A stretch of 64,000 nt of DNA from assembly GCA_046563655.1 (NCBI GenBank), contig CM102283.1, forward strand, positions 434,001 to 498,000, written 5' to 3'. The stretch is from Yuukianura sp. NJ FZ-2021 (taxonomy: Eukaryota). Made by a program: the position numbers and the translations under genes. Positions 25,585 to 39,594 of this stretch are shown here, in pieces; within the stretch, counting starts at the first letter, position 1, and each line of letters starts with the position of its first letter. The notes under the pieces were generated by a model, which was not told the origin of the DNA, made no database searches, and saw only the letters and a program-made list of their open reading frames with translations.

Positions 25585-26382
25585 CGTTAGAACGTAATGG
25601 ATTTTGACTCCGACGCTAGTAGATGTTACACCTCTAATGGACTATTTATTTGACTTATTTGTAGTTCTCAATATTTTCCAATTAATTTCAATACATATGT
25701 ATAATATATTATAACTAATAACAATAAAACATAACTACCATATATTCAGGATCCACTAAGCGTGCGACGATTCGGGATGTCAGTCAGATACTTATAGGAA
25801 ATCGAAGCAGCAATTCGTGATCTTTTTATCCAAATTTTTTTTCAAATCATATTTATCATGGCAAGGACGCTAGAATTTCTTTTCTTTTTGTAGTATAATT
25901 CATATAATTTTGTATATAATTTGGGATAGTTCGCAAAAACTTTGGGAATTAAGGAATTGGAAACGGAAAGTAACGACTGGAGGTCAATTGCAGTCTGTTA
26001 GCTTGACTTTTGTCTGAGATCTGACCAATCTACTTAACTAGTTTAGTTATGTTACTTTTGAAAATGGTTTGTATTTTCTTTTTCATGTGAGCGGAAGGAA
26101 GTTATGTGCATGACATGATGCTGTTCTCGAAGCCATTTCTCTGTTCTAGTCCAAATTAGGAGTGTTTGACTGCCGCTTGTGAAAGGAGAGAAGGAGCTCG
26201 AGTTTAATTTTGGACTGGGACGAAGTCTGCGCTTCACCCAAGCCAAAAACGAAGGAGACACAGATCGCTTCACAAGTCGCTTCCACAAGATCTGACCAGT
26301 TCTCCGAGATCACTTGTACAGCGACGTCTCAGCATTCAACTTCTGCTTCCTTCGTATCCCTCACTCCAGGACACAGGCAGAC

Positions 26383-27615
26383 ATGGTGAGTACAACTTAA
26401 AACATTCAATCTAGCTATAATTAATTAACAATGTGTGCAATTAAATTAACTTAATTGTTTGGAGAGTGTCTTAAGTAGTTCTGTCCAAACTTCAAGGAAT
26501 CAAAACCCATCAGCTCTAAACGTTTCAAAAACGTTCGATTCCTCCATTTCGATTTCTCCAAACGTTCGTGTCACTTCAGAGTTCTAGTCAATGAACGTAG
26601 CTTCCGCATTGAATTTTAGGAATTCTAGAAATTTTTGTGAGTTGGGAATGGTTCGATGTTAGATTTTTTGGGAAAGTGCCAAAATTGTGTCCCAAAAAGT
26701 TTTCCTTTGGTGAATCTCCATCTTTCCTTGAATCCTGGTTCACAAGTTTCTATTTTTAGTTTGTGGCACCACTAATGTTGTGTAACTTGTGATTACTTGC
26801 AGGCCGATGACAAGAAGGTGAAGAAGACGAAGAAGAAGAAGGAAGATGAGGCTGAGGCTCCTGCCGCTGCGCCTGCGCCTGCCGCAGAAGAGGCTCCCAA
26901 ACGCTCCAGCACACGAGAGTCCAAGAAGGCCAAGCGCACGGGCAGCAACGTCTTCTCCCTCTTTTCCCAGCGCCAACTCTCAGAGTTCAAGGAGGTAAAT
27001 GGCAACCTAACCTTCGCGTAACTTGTGAACAGCCAATTGGAGCTATGGAAATGAGATTGATGATGTTGTGGCGGGAATTTACAGGCTTTCCAGATGATGG
27101 ACGCAGACAAGGATGGAATCATCGGTAAGAGTGACCTGCGAGCTACCTTCGACGCCATGGGCAAAGTGGCCAACGAGAAGGAGCTGGACGAGATGCTGGG
27201 AGAGGCCAAATGGACCACTCAACTTCACCATGCTCCTCACGCTCTTCGCCAACCGCATGTCCGGAAGTGCTGACGATGACGAAGTGGTCGTAGCTGCCTT
27301 CAAATCATTCGACCAAGGCGGCAAAATCGACGGAGACAAGTAAGCAGGATCATTTTAAAGCTCAAAAATCATAAAATCCAAGAACCGAATCTTGGCCAAT
27401 CGCTGGATTTGTGTGAAAATGACTGTGATTGGTTCATTTTTTGTAGACTGAAGCATGCGTTGATGACATTCGGTGAAAAGTTTTCCCAAAGTGAAATTGA
27501 CGACGCCTATGAGCAAATGAGCATTGACAACGCAGGACGAATTGACACCGGGAAACTGATTGCCATGCTCACCGCTTCTGCGGAGGAGGGAGAAGAAGAT
27601 GGAGAGGCCGCATAA
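26383..27615 (+). CDS. Mlc2: Myosin regulatory light chain 2 (muscle); apparent +1 frameshift at 27208-27210
   Basis: ATG micro-exon 26383-26385, then exons 26803-26994, 27085-27340 and 27447-27615. Motifs KKAKRTGSNVFSLFSQRQLSEFKE, AFQMMDADKDGIIGKSDL and GPLNFTMLLTLFA. Confidence 0.92.
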
Positions 27616-28214
27616 AATCTTAACTTTTTCTCACCCCTGCGATTTTTGAAACTTTTCAAAAGTTTCCGCCATCATTTGTTGCCACCAATAATAAAGTAAC
27701 AGTCAGTGGATATTTGTAAAGCTCCATTTGTAAACCTGAAACACTTTTTTTTAAACTTTCCCGCCACTAAAATACACACAAAAGTCCACAGGATATGGTT
27801 TTACTTGACATGATTACAAGTCCTTGCATTGCAGTATTTACGAAATCAGTAGAAAATTGCAAAAGTGAAAAAGCCTAACCGTCTAATAAGTACTTGCTCA
27901 AATTTTGACACTACACACCAAGTACTAAACTGCTAATTTCTAAGACGAATTTTACAATTGTTGCAAAAGGTGTGAATTGACATAAAGCTACAGTAATTTG
28001 GTGAATAATTTAAGTAAAGTGTATGTTGTCCAAGTCGAAGTACTGTTCGACTAATTCTGGAAAATTTTACATGGAGAGAGTGATGGAGGAGGAGCCAGTA
28101 TAAGTGGATTGCGTGAGAGGAGATTCGTAATTCCTTTGGTTTCCACTCAGGGAGCACCGCAGATCTTAGTCACTTCCCAACGGGAACCTTGTTTAGTTGT
28201 GTTTAACGCTCTAC

Positions 28215-30268
28215 TTAAAACTCCCACTGCGTCGCTTCCGCGGGATCCGAGCCACCCAGACCCACTTGTCCGTTCTTCAGTGCGTTGAGATAGCGCCCAC
28301 CCTCCGTCCGAATTGCGAGTCGATTGGGCTCTCGGAGCTCAAACAGAAACTTGTTAGCCGCTGCAGCATCGCCTTCGGCAACCACCTCTTCTCCTTCCCC
28401 ACGAAGCACGCAGTACATTCCGCCCACTGCAAATAAAATACATTAATTCCCATCCCACTTGTACATGCAGAATTATATCTAAGTTGACTCACTTTTAAAA
28501 GTGACTCTGCCTTTCTCGCCTCTCACCACCAAGATAGTTTCGTAAGAAGCTTTGTTACACTCCAGACGCGGATACGACGGAGATTTGAAGCCAAGATATC
28601 CCTGTTCACACCGCAGGACGAGACGAGGCCTAATAAGAAAAACACACAATAAGAATCCACTGAAAAGCATTGGTGCATAACATTTTTATAGCATGACGAA
28701 ACATGAATTTGGTATTTGGCTGAGATGGGACCTGTTAACCAGATGGAAGAAGAATTTGGCATTCTCGTCTCCTTGGTCACAATTGGCGTACAGATGACCT
28801 GACCTCTTCACTCCCAGAAACTTTCCATTCTGGGCTCGGAATCCCAGTGACCCATCTTCACTCCACTTCAAATCGAAAAGACCAGAGGAATTCCTGCAAA
28901 AACGTAAACAGCGTTACAGATTTCGGAAACAAATAAGTAACGGTGGAAGAAAACATTTATGCTTTTACTTGGTCTGCGACGAAGCTTGAATGCCACCCTG
29001 GGTTTCGAGTGTCCAGTACTTGTCCTTCATTGTACGCAAGTACCATTGCCGAACAGAGGGCTCAAATTCCAATTGAAACACTTCGTCGTCAGATATCTCC
29101 TCTTGGTTCGCAGTGAGGTCAACACCTTAAAGACAAAAACAACTTCATCAGTTACTTACCTAAACTAGACGCAGCAGATAAACAAATGAAAAGTGCACTT
29201 ACCTTGCTTAACTGAGAGGAATCTTGAATTGAGAGCTGCGACGAATCCCGCTTGTGGAAACGAATCCTGCAGATAGAACAGCTCATCCTTTGTGATTGTA
29301 CTGGACCGCGTTTTGAGCACAGCTTTAGATCCAATGGGTGCCAAGTAAAGTCCAGCACTGTCGCGTAAAGCCAATTGTCCACGATGGAACTCAACCCAGA
29401 AGAAGCATGCGGTGTCAACTGCTTCCTAAACCGTAACAACAAAATTAGTTTACCATAGAAAATTCCAATCGGATTTTGATATCCGTGCAATTTATCAACT
29501 GCATAAACTGTTGGAACTTTTACCACAAGCGTCCCATCCTTGGTGAGAAATTTGTTGTTTGGAGTTTGGAGTGCATATCGTCCTTGTCTGAACTGAAGAG
29601 TAAACAGGGTGTCGGAACCCCACGCCACGTTAGAATCCACAATCACTTCATCCCCATCCTCCGATAGACGAGCGAATCGTTTGCGTCCGACGCTTCTCAA
29701 GTTCACTTGTGGTCGAGCGCAGAGATGAACGGACCAGATTTCGGTTGAAGTAGGAGTCTTGGCAGTGCAAGTCAACTTGTCCGAGCATGAGCCCAAGTAG
29801 TAACCACGGGAAACGTTCTTGAGTGCCCATCCACCTGTCAAAACAAGTCCAATTAAAAATAAGATTTAGAGTAGTTTTACAGGATTAAGAAGAGGTCAAC
29901 TTACCTTGGATGAGTTGAATTTCGAAGAAGGAGCCGGCGTCTCTCTCCTCTCCTTCGCAAGTGACGTTGCCAAAAGAGTCCACTGCCAAGTACCTACCCA
30001 AGTGTGACTTGAGCGTTACAGCCTCACCGTGTTCTGCCCCCTCCAACAGCCATGTCTGCTTCTTGCGCAGGGACACTCCGTTGGCATTGGCCTTGAACCC
30101 GAAAGTTTCAGCGGTCATGTAGTTGGAAGCGGAGTTGAGAAGCCCCACGGCCCAAACGCCGCTTTCCCACCCCATCCCACCGACTGACGACGCACCATTG
30201 TTCCCGTTCTCTGCGCAACACGAACCGTTGACCTTCCCCTTGCTCTTTCCATTTAGTAGCTCAGTCAT
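28215..30268 (-). CDS. sn: Fascin (singed) actin-bundling protein
   Basis: [60 protein letters not shown]-terminal ATQWEF. About 7 coding exons; start codon approximate. Confidence 0.95.
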
Positions 30269-32459
30269 AACTTGGTTGTTATTCGATCTCACTTGATCCA
30301 AGGTTCACTCCCCTCCTCCTGCGAAACACGATCAGCAGGAACTGAAATGACAGAAATTAAATCAAAGTCCTCTTCTTGTTCCAATTTCAAGTTGCCGTAA
30401 TGTCAACCATAACAAATGTACTCATCGGAGGATAATTTTTAACGATCATGCCATCAGGTTACTCTCATACCCTCGAAACGTCTCAATCTTCTATGTAATG
30501 CTGTTCTTATCAACGCAACGGGAGTCAAAACGTGTTATGTTCAGGAAAACACAAGTTCCCGAGAGAACGCCGTTAGAAACAAGTAAACGGATTAGTAAAC
30601 TTACTTTTAATACATATGATAAGTAGGTTTATGTTTATAAGCTTATAATCAATTCCTATTGAACGTTAACTGACTCAGTGAACGAAACCCTTAAGAAACT
30701 ACTTTCTGAAGTTCGGACAATCTCTGTTATTAGAAAAAGAAACGTTCGGAACCGGGTCAACAAATGCTACCAGTGTTCAGGAAGTTCAGATTTCAATATA
30801 GGTACTATCAAATTTTTTCGCAATAATACACATAACAAATAATTAATAAGTCGAGTTTTGGTGGGTACAGTGCCACCATTAGCCACTTACGTCAACCGGG
30901 GTAAGATGAGTCCACTTCTCACCCTTCCGTGCTTTTTGTTGCACTTGCAGTTGCACTTGAGTGCTTTATTTCCCGTTGTTTATGAGGATGAGTCGCTTTC
31001 TGTCAATGCTCTCCAAGTTCCACCACTTCCACCGACTGTTTACGACGTTTTTCCCAGAACTACGGAAATCAATATCCGCCTTCAACAGCAGATCTCGGAC
31101 TTCTGTTCTTTCCTTGTTCCTTGAACTCCCTTATCTCAATCCGACACCCCACGAACCTATCCGATTCCCGAAATCCAGGGAACCAAATGCTGCGAAAATT
31201 CCGATGACGGATGCCGCAACCAGCCGACACAGTACTTCACTAGTCTCCAGAATCTTAAGGAATGCTGTGGTGCCGCTAACTTTTAAGTTAGCTTCCTGTC
31301 CTAAGGTGGTCGACGTTCCTACCGGTGGGAGGTTTGATGATGGACTGACGAGAGCGACGGATCTTCCAAAGTCACTTGAAGGAACTAACATGAAATCTGT
31401 GGGGATCTTGATCTGGTTGGGATTGGGAATCAAGAGAATATAATGGGAAGCAATTGTGAATCATTATTCGAGCCTCCATAAGCATGTGGGTCTCCGAGAT
31501 CTCATCTTGAGATGAGTTCCCATGCAGTGAGGATGGAACGGGATAAGAAGACACTTGAAGGGCACAGAGTCATTTGCCAGGAAAGATACAGAGATTGTGG
31601 TTGATGAATTGGGATGAGAGGAGGCAGAGGTCAGATCATCATGCTTCGTCAACTGTAACACAATCCAAACTGAGCCATTAAAAATACTACATCTTCCTGC
31701 CACCTTGCCCTCCCCTCAACCCGTCAGCTGTGTACAGTCTTCCACAAATCATAATCACCAAATCAGCTGAGTCGCTGAGTGATGAAGAGACTCGGATTGG
31801 AACGGGATTCGTTTAGCCTGTCCTGCCACTCTCCTGCCTTGTCCATTCCCCGACAACCTGTTGACCTGTGGGTTGTTTCCATAGTGAAGCTCAACTGAAG
31901 TCACCACACAACACACAAGCACAACAGTAAGTACCTCGTCGAAAAAGTATTTACGGTGAATAATTTAAGAAATTGAAAATTTATTCTGAATAGTTGACAA
32001 ATCTAGGAATTTGAATGCTTGTGTTGCTGGGTGGGTGGAAGAGCGGGGTCAAAGGTTATCGTATTATGTAGCAAGAGGTATTCCTCTTTATTTCAAACCC
32101 AGACACACTACCATCTCCACAATCTTTTTCCCCTGCCCTATTTCTAACCAACTTCTGACTATTCAGTTTCTCTACTCATAAATGTATCCATTGCTACAAC
32201 AAAAGATACCCGAATACTAAAATAGAATACCTTTGTTCCGTCTTTGTAATTCGGTTATACGTTTTGGAATTGCAGGAAGTCGGAGAGGACCTTTGGGTTC
32301 GTGAATCGTGAATCACGAGTGGCAGAATTAATTTGGAACTCGTGGAATCCTGTTCCCATCCTGCCTTCAACCATCAACTCGATTTCGTTTAGCAACACGC
32401 CAAAACACTACCGACAAAAGTTGACCGTGACAAAAGTTTGCTCGGGACGGAACTAGAGA

Positions 32460-34061
32460 ATGGTGCTGTTGCTGGATGGTTTGGAGGTGGATGACCCTCC
32501 CGTCGACTGCCGCTCTCTCTTTGACCTTTGTCCATCCCTCAAGGAAAAAGGAGTGGAGTTTGCATCCAGGTCACCCAAAATGGTCGGACCCATGGGACTG
32601 CTTTATGTCGCTCAAAGGGAGTTTGCTATCGTCTCACCACAAGACAGTACGTTCATCCTGTTCCTTATGACAACTACCACTTTACAAAATTCCACTTTGT
32701 CACTACTGGGTTCTTATTATTTTCTAGAGCATGTTAGCATACTTGGAACCGACAGTTGTACAACGTGCCTAGCAGTGGTTCTCCGGCATCCGGGTAAGAC
32801 ACTTGAATGATTTAGATCTAGATGGGACAATCAGCCCAGCAGAGACACTGTTTGTGTGAACAACCGAAGATGTAAAACGCTTGTCTCAAATTTTGTTTTA
32901 CGTAGGTACTGGCGTGTTCGCCCTAGGCCATTTGGACTCCGTCTCCGTCGAAGGGGTTTGTTCCATGATTCAGAGGTTGGGAAAAGTTAACTATCAAATG
33001 TTATATAATAATATAGGATTTACCTACTCTTCCGCATATGAATGACCAATTAATTTGTTCCGACTTGTCCATTTTTCCAGATTACAGGATACCAGTTCCA
33101 CGTACTACGAGGACGTCGTCCTCCAAATGCATTTGGTGGGTTCGTTCAATGACTTTCAAGGCTACAGCCATGAGCTTGTCTTTGCCTTTCTCCGTGAGTA
33201 CTACTAGAGTACGACCTAATAATAAACTAACCTCTAACGTGGCCAACTAACAAAATTAGTGCCTGGTTATTAGGTTACGTTAAGGTTTAGAATATGATTG
33301 ATCAATTGTGCTTCTACACAGATTGCATCCAGAAACTCAGCACAAAAATTAATCTCGTTTCTGCGTGTATCGGTGATGTAAATACAACAGTTCGTGCCTC
33401 CATACCTTGGCCTATTGTGCACGGCCTCGGTAAGAATGAAAAACCTAACCAACGATATTTCGTACTTTTCAGTTTAAAGAAACGAGTTTGATGTCTTAAT
33501 TTTTGGATTTAAGGTGTCAATCTAAGGACTGGAGACATTTTCCCAGCGACATTTCCAGATAGGGGTCCCGACATTCCGTTGCGTGGTGCTCGACTGTTTA
33601 CTGGATCACACGCTGTAAACTTTACACTCAAAACAAATACGGACTTTACACTTTACCTATCTGACATGACTTTTTGTTTCAGTTGCTTGAAGTTTACGAC
33701 TACGGACTCGGTTTGCTTCGTATTGGTCCATTCCACTACGAGCCTATGCGATGCGCACCAATTCTGCTCCAGCAGTCAGATGAATTTATCCTTCAGCACC
33801 TCTCTTCCTCGCCTCAAGTGGAACCACCGCATGTGGTAGATTGTGTAAGTTTTTACGCTGATTCCACTGACATTCCTCCAATTGCATAAATACTTCCTAC
33901 TTCCATACGCTGATGTGTGACTTCTCTTTTTACTTTAGATCAAGAGCACTCTGAGGCACATCCAGGAGCACCCATTTCCAGAAATAACTGTTTTCCAAGA
34001 CAACGGTCCACGGTGGTACCGCAAAGATGAGAGTGGCCAATGGATCTTTACTCGGTTATAA
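32460..34061 (+). CDS. NTAN1: Protein N-terminal asparagine amidohydrolase
   Basis: LLYVAQREFA, ILGTDSCTTCLAVVLRH, GDIFPATFPDRGPD, ILQHLSSSPQVEPPH. Eight exons join in frame. Confidence 0.92.
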
Positions 34062-34446
34062 GGCGACGATTACTCAGGTTCCATTAGACAATTATACTCC
34101 TTCGCTGTCCAATCTCAGACGCTCCAAACTTCAACGACCACGTCCATTATGTTCAACGTGATATTTTTGCGTCAACATGTGAAGCCAATCATATATTTTA
34201 TAAACGTTTCTGCCAGAAGGAACGTAGCCTTATTATTCCCTTCCTTGCTCATCATCATTCTAAAGATTGACAGGTTCTCTTGATGCATTTAAAATTGACG
34301 TGATTTTAAGAAATGTAATTAAAGCATTGCAACAAGTCAAAATTCAATTAAGTTAACTCAATTAGGGTAACTAGGTCTTACGTAACTTTCACTACACTCG
34401 ACTACAAGATTCAGTCACTCCGAGGTAAGCTCATAAAAATTAAGAA

Positions 34447-37400
34447 TTAAAACCATTCTTTGAAACAAGCAATGTAAATAACCTTCATGATTTGTGTTGC
34501 TACACAGTAGGCCACGAGTTCCAGGAGAATGAATGGATACATGTCCAGCGGAAGATGGATAAATTCAAGCGTATCCGAAATGTACGGGATCCATGGGAGT
34601 GCCATTGCAATTGCAATTATCAGAGTCGTCATGACAGTGACCTGAACGGAAGCAAATGACTGGACAAAAGGAATCTTCGGTGTCCGCAGAAGATGGACAA
34701 TAAAAGTCTGTGTCAAAATCCCAATGGCAAACCACGTTGTCCTGAACAGTCCCAAATTGTCATCTGGTCCACCAGTAATTCCGTACAGAAAGTACATGTA
34801 CGCGAAGTACGTTATGTCAAAGATGGACGAAAGAGGGCCAAAGAATACCATAAACTTCAGGACGGATTTCATTGACCAGCGGTGTGGAACTTTCAAAAAT
34901 TCAGGATCCATTTTATCCCATGGTATTGCAGTCTAAAAATGACAATTTGAATTAATATATTATAATACATAAATTAATTAAACTTGGTCTATACATTTCA
35001 GTGATATCCGAATCTGATACCTGACTGATGTCGTAAAGCATGTTTTGAGTCAGCAATTGTAGTGGAAGAATTGGCGTAAATGGAAACCAAGCTGAAGCGA
35101 CGAGCAGTGAGAAAGCATTTCCAAAGTTTGAAGAAATGGCCATCACGATGTACCTAAAAATTAAACATGTTTTATAAAATTTCATAATTTTGAGAATTTT
35201 TTTTTTTGAAAATTTACTTGAGCGTATTGCCATAAGTTTGTCTCCCATAAATTACTCCGTCAGCTACAACCGTCAAGCTTTTCTCCAACAAAATAATGTC
35301 AGCCGAATCCCTAGCAATTTCCGTTCCATTGTCAACTGACAATCCAATGTCAGCCTCCTTAAGAGCATTCGCATCATTGATTCCATCACCCAGAAATCCA
35401 ACAACATGTCCATTCACTTTCAGAGCTCGAACGAGCTTTGCTTTTTGCAATGGCGTCAGTTTGGCAAAAATTGTTCCAGTTTCAGCCAGTGTGCAGATTT
35501 GTTCATCAGTAGCTCCGTCCAGGTCTCTTGACGTCACTACTCCTGTCACAGGTAGCTTCACATCTTCACAAATTTTGCGACAAATCAGTTCTGAATCGCC
35601 TGACAAAACTTTGATTTGAATGTTGTGTTGCAGAAGAGTCTTTATTGCTGGAAGGGTAGATTGTTTCGGTGGATCTTGAAAAGCAATGAAGCCAGCAAAC
35701 ACCATTTGGGACTCACTCATGACATGAAGTGACGGCGGAGCTTCTGGAAATGTTTTATAGGCTACAGCAATTACACGCAGACCATTTTGATTCAATTTAT
35801 TGTTCAAAGACTTGAGATGTGTTTGAACATCCGGAGTCATTTCGACTGCTCGAGCACGACTGATTGGAAGCAACTCTTCAGCAGATAGGATCCCTTGATT
35901 TTGCGTACTGCCACTGCTCCCATCAAATTCTTCACCAATACAAACATGACTACATTTCGAAAGCATTTCATCCACGGCTCCTTTCGTTACTAACAAATTT
36001 TGTGTTCTGTCGTTTTTAGCTTGGATCAAAACGGACATGCGTCGACGCACAAAGTCAAACGGAAGTTCATCCAATTTTTGAAATTTAGTGGCCATTCTTG
36101 GAACGCGTCGGCTAGGATGAAAGCGGTCAGAGAATTTTTTACGAAAATAATCCACTATAGCCATGTCCATTAAATTGGCCAATCCCGTTTGAAAGTGTGA
36201 ATTGAGAAAAGCAAGTTGCATTGGAAATGTGGCCGGATTGCCGTAAGCATCCAAATGCTGAATCAGTGCTACTCGATTTTGTGTTAATGTTCCTGTTTTG
36301 TCTACAGCCAAAACATTCATCCCGCCAAGATTGATAATGGCGTCTAAATTTTTGACAATACATTTCTTTTTGGCCAATAGAAATGCTCCGCGTGACAGCG
36401 TCGCACTTACAATCATCGGCAGCATTTCTGGAGTAAGTCCAACAGCAGCAGCTAAAGCAAACAGAGCCGCTTCGTACCAACCATCTCCTGGATGAATGTA
36501 GCCCTGAAGCAGAAATATTGGCGGAACTAAACAAATCATCGTGAGGAAGAAAATCCAAGAAATTCTGCGCACGCCCAATTGAAACGCATTTGTTGACCTC
36601 TGCTTCCCCAATTCTTGAGCCATACTTCCAAAGTACGTTTGGTTTCCAATTGCACGAACAATTCCAGTCCCAGTTCCAGATACGACTGAAGTTCCCATGT
36701 AACATAGACTCGGATTATCCGTTTCCGCTTGAATCGTAGTATTGATGTCTTTCAATTTTTCTACTCTCAAACCAAACAAGTTTCTGAAAAAGATTGTCAC
36801 TGACTCAAGGCATGAGTTGCCAGAATTGGTTGAATGGCGAACATGGACGGTGTCAGTTTCTTGTGGAATTGGAAGGACAATGTCGCCATCACGTCGCTCG
36901 GCTGTTGGATCCACTTGTTTCACCACTTCAGTCGCTTCTCCCGTTAGTGACGATTGAGATATAAACAAATCTTTGGCTTCCAGTAAAAATAGGTCGGCAG
37001 GAATCAAATCTCCAGCAGCCAACTTGACCTACGAAACGAAAGGAGTTAATAAGTAAACAAAATTTTCTATACAGTAATAACAATATTATTGATATTTGTT
37101 TAGTGTTCAATAATTAATTATTGGCTTCGAAAGTTCAAGTGCACGTTGGAGTGGGAGAGAAGAGGAGGAGGTATACATATCATGGAGGGAATTTCATGAC
37201 AATCTGCTTATTAACGTCCTCCAAACCCATTAAATTTAAATTAGTTCTTCTCGCATAGAATTTATTTGTATTAATTATGGAAAATTCTAAACTAACGCTT
37301 TTTTTTCATCTTTGAACGATATAGGAATAGTGTGCAGCACCTATAAGAATGGTTTGGTAAAGTCGACGATCAGTGTGATAAGGCCCACTGATTCTAAACA

Positions 37401-39594
37401 GAGAAATTCAATCGATTTTTAAATGTCCTATATAATATCTATTGCCTTTGGAGTTGTTAAAGTCGCTTGTACATTGGTCTCCTAAGTAATAAATTTAATT
37501 CTTTAACATTATTTTAATTTTCATAGTTTTTTGCTCATGCGTACTTTGTCTCAACGGTAGAATCACATAATGATAAAATAATAAGTAATTCCATAATGAA
37601 CTGGTTAGTAATGAGCTGTAACCAGTTTTTAGCAATGTTCGAAAGTTAACCTTTGACTAAGATTGGTACAGTTAAAAACCAATCCCACTTGTATTTTCCC
37701 TAATAGTACACCATACCTAAATAGTACACCAGGTCCCTAATAGTACACCAGGTCCAGGGCCCGAAAAATTAATTAGTACACCGTCCCAAATAGTACACCA
37801 GGTCTCTAATAGTACACCGGGTCTTTGGTCTTTGGTAATACACCCAAGGAGTATGCCCAGTGTTGCTGTATGCTTAAACATCCAGTGGCTTAATCCATCC
37901 GGATATCCAATAGAAGAAATGGGGTTGTAGTGGACGGTGAATGCAACAAATTAAAAATTCAGCGGAGTTCAAATAAATTTAAGTTAACTATTATAAAATA
38001 ATTTATTTGCATTTTAAACCGTCTCTTGATATGCGCACCCATTGACGAAATATCGAAAAAGTGGATTTCCAGCAACTCTGAGTATACGCCTACTGGAAAA
38101 GTTTGGCTATATTTAATTAAATTACAGTGTTGGTGGATGGATAAAATACTTCTTCCACTTCCCTCAAAAGTGCTGGATATATCCGGATTTTCTTGGTTTC
38201 TTACGGACGAAACTCAATTTCGTCCATCTGAAACTGGATTTCAACCGGATTTATCCATTTATCCAGTGGATATATCTTGGACGAAATGCTCAAAAAGTGG
38301 ATATCCACCAACACACAGATTAAATACAACAGAAAAAACATTAATGTTCTTTCTATCTTGTTCCTACACAAGCAATTCTACAAAATACACATCATTTACA
38401 GGCTTCTTTAAAATTTTTACAAGCAAAATTCGAATATTTCTTGCGTAATTTCAATGAGAGGTAAAAAATAATAAGCTTTTTGGAAAAAAGAATTAATACA
38501 CCGTCCCTAATAGTACACCAGGTCTCTAATAGTACACCACCCCCAGAAGTCGAAAACAAAATTAGTACACCAGGTGTATTATTTGGGAAAATACGGTATT
38601 TCTCATTTCTTTCCGGTTTCAAAAAAGCGTAGATTGTCAAGAAGTCGACCTTCTGACGGATTTTTCCCTCCATGATTTTGCTCCCCGCCAATTCTCCACC
38701 CAAAGCGTCTCCCTTCTTAACCATACCAATTGCCATACAATTTTAAACCAAAATAATTGAGGGCTTAATTATAATCTAATTAACACAAAAAATTAATAGT
38801 GAAAAAGTGATCAATCGTACCCAGTCTCCAGGAACAATATTTTCAGCCAAAATTTTTTCAGTGTAAACATCTCCGTCTGTGACAGTAGATTCATTTGTGA
38901 TGAGAGATGCTCTGCTAGAAGTTGTATCACTCGACTCATCTTCATCATCTCTGTATCTAAAAACTGTCACAGTATTTGATACAAATTGCTTTAGATTTTG
39001 AGCAGCTCTCGCTGATTTCCATTCTTGGACGAATCGAATCAAAATGGAAACGAGGACCATGACCATCATGATTGTTGTTGCATTTAAGTCATCCATTGCT
39101 GCACTACTTGCAGCCAGTATTCCCAGAAGTACATTAAACGGATGGAAAATTGCAGAGAACAAGATGGAGTACCATGTCACATTTCCGGTTGTTACGATCG
39201 TATTTTTTCCATACAGTTTTTGTCTTTCCTTGGCTTCAGATTTCGACAAAGGACGCTGACGCGTCTGCGCAGGAGCAGTGAATTGAGCCACTTGGGAAAA
39301 ATCAAATCCACCGTCAAAAACTTGTGGTGGGGCCGGTGCCACCGGTGGGACAATAGTTACCAACGACGGTGCTTCAAAAACAAAAAAAAATTGAAAATAG
39401 TTTTTTTTTAAAGAAAAAAATTCAGAAAAGAATTTCCTGAAAAAAAAATTCTTTTCATTCAAAACACTCCATTCAAAAGTTCTTTTCATCCAAAAATTCC
39501 TTCCATTCAAAAAGTTTTATGTGATAAAATTCGAATTCTTTGAATAGCATTTCTGTCTCTTACCTGCTTCTTCTTCTTCCACGATACGGTCCAT
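34447..39594 (-). CDS. mgtA: Mg2+-translocating P-type ATPase, MgtA/MgtB (P3B) type
   Basis: Exons 39594-39564, 39371-38821, 37028-35218, 35153-35021 and 34932-34447. Motifs AVGLTPEMLPMIV, DKTGTLTQN, ELPFDFVRRRMSV, VGFLGDGINDA, SSNFGNAFS, YDISQ, FGPLSSIFD and HLLRTPKIPFVQS are characteristic of the MgtA family. Confidence 0.9.
37691..38598. mobile_element. Non-autonomous TIR element (pogo/Tc1-like) in the ATPase intron
   Basis: gtattttccctaatagtacacc at the left end and ggtgtattatttgggaaaatacggta at the right end. Subterminal aatagtacaccagg repeats at both ends. Confidence 0.65.
38125..38314. mobile_element. hAT-like MITE nested in the preceding element
   Basis: Ends cagtgttggtgga...tccaccaacac; a second copy lies inverted at 62988-63180. 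Confidence 0.75.

Noticed and set aside
30858-31703. Several 60-160-aa ORFs upstream of fascin
   Set aside because: No recognisable domain. A minus-strand GTAAGT donor at ~30890 suggests a fascin 5' exon (probably untranslated); not supportable as a separate gene.
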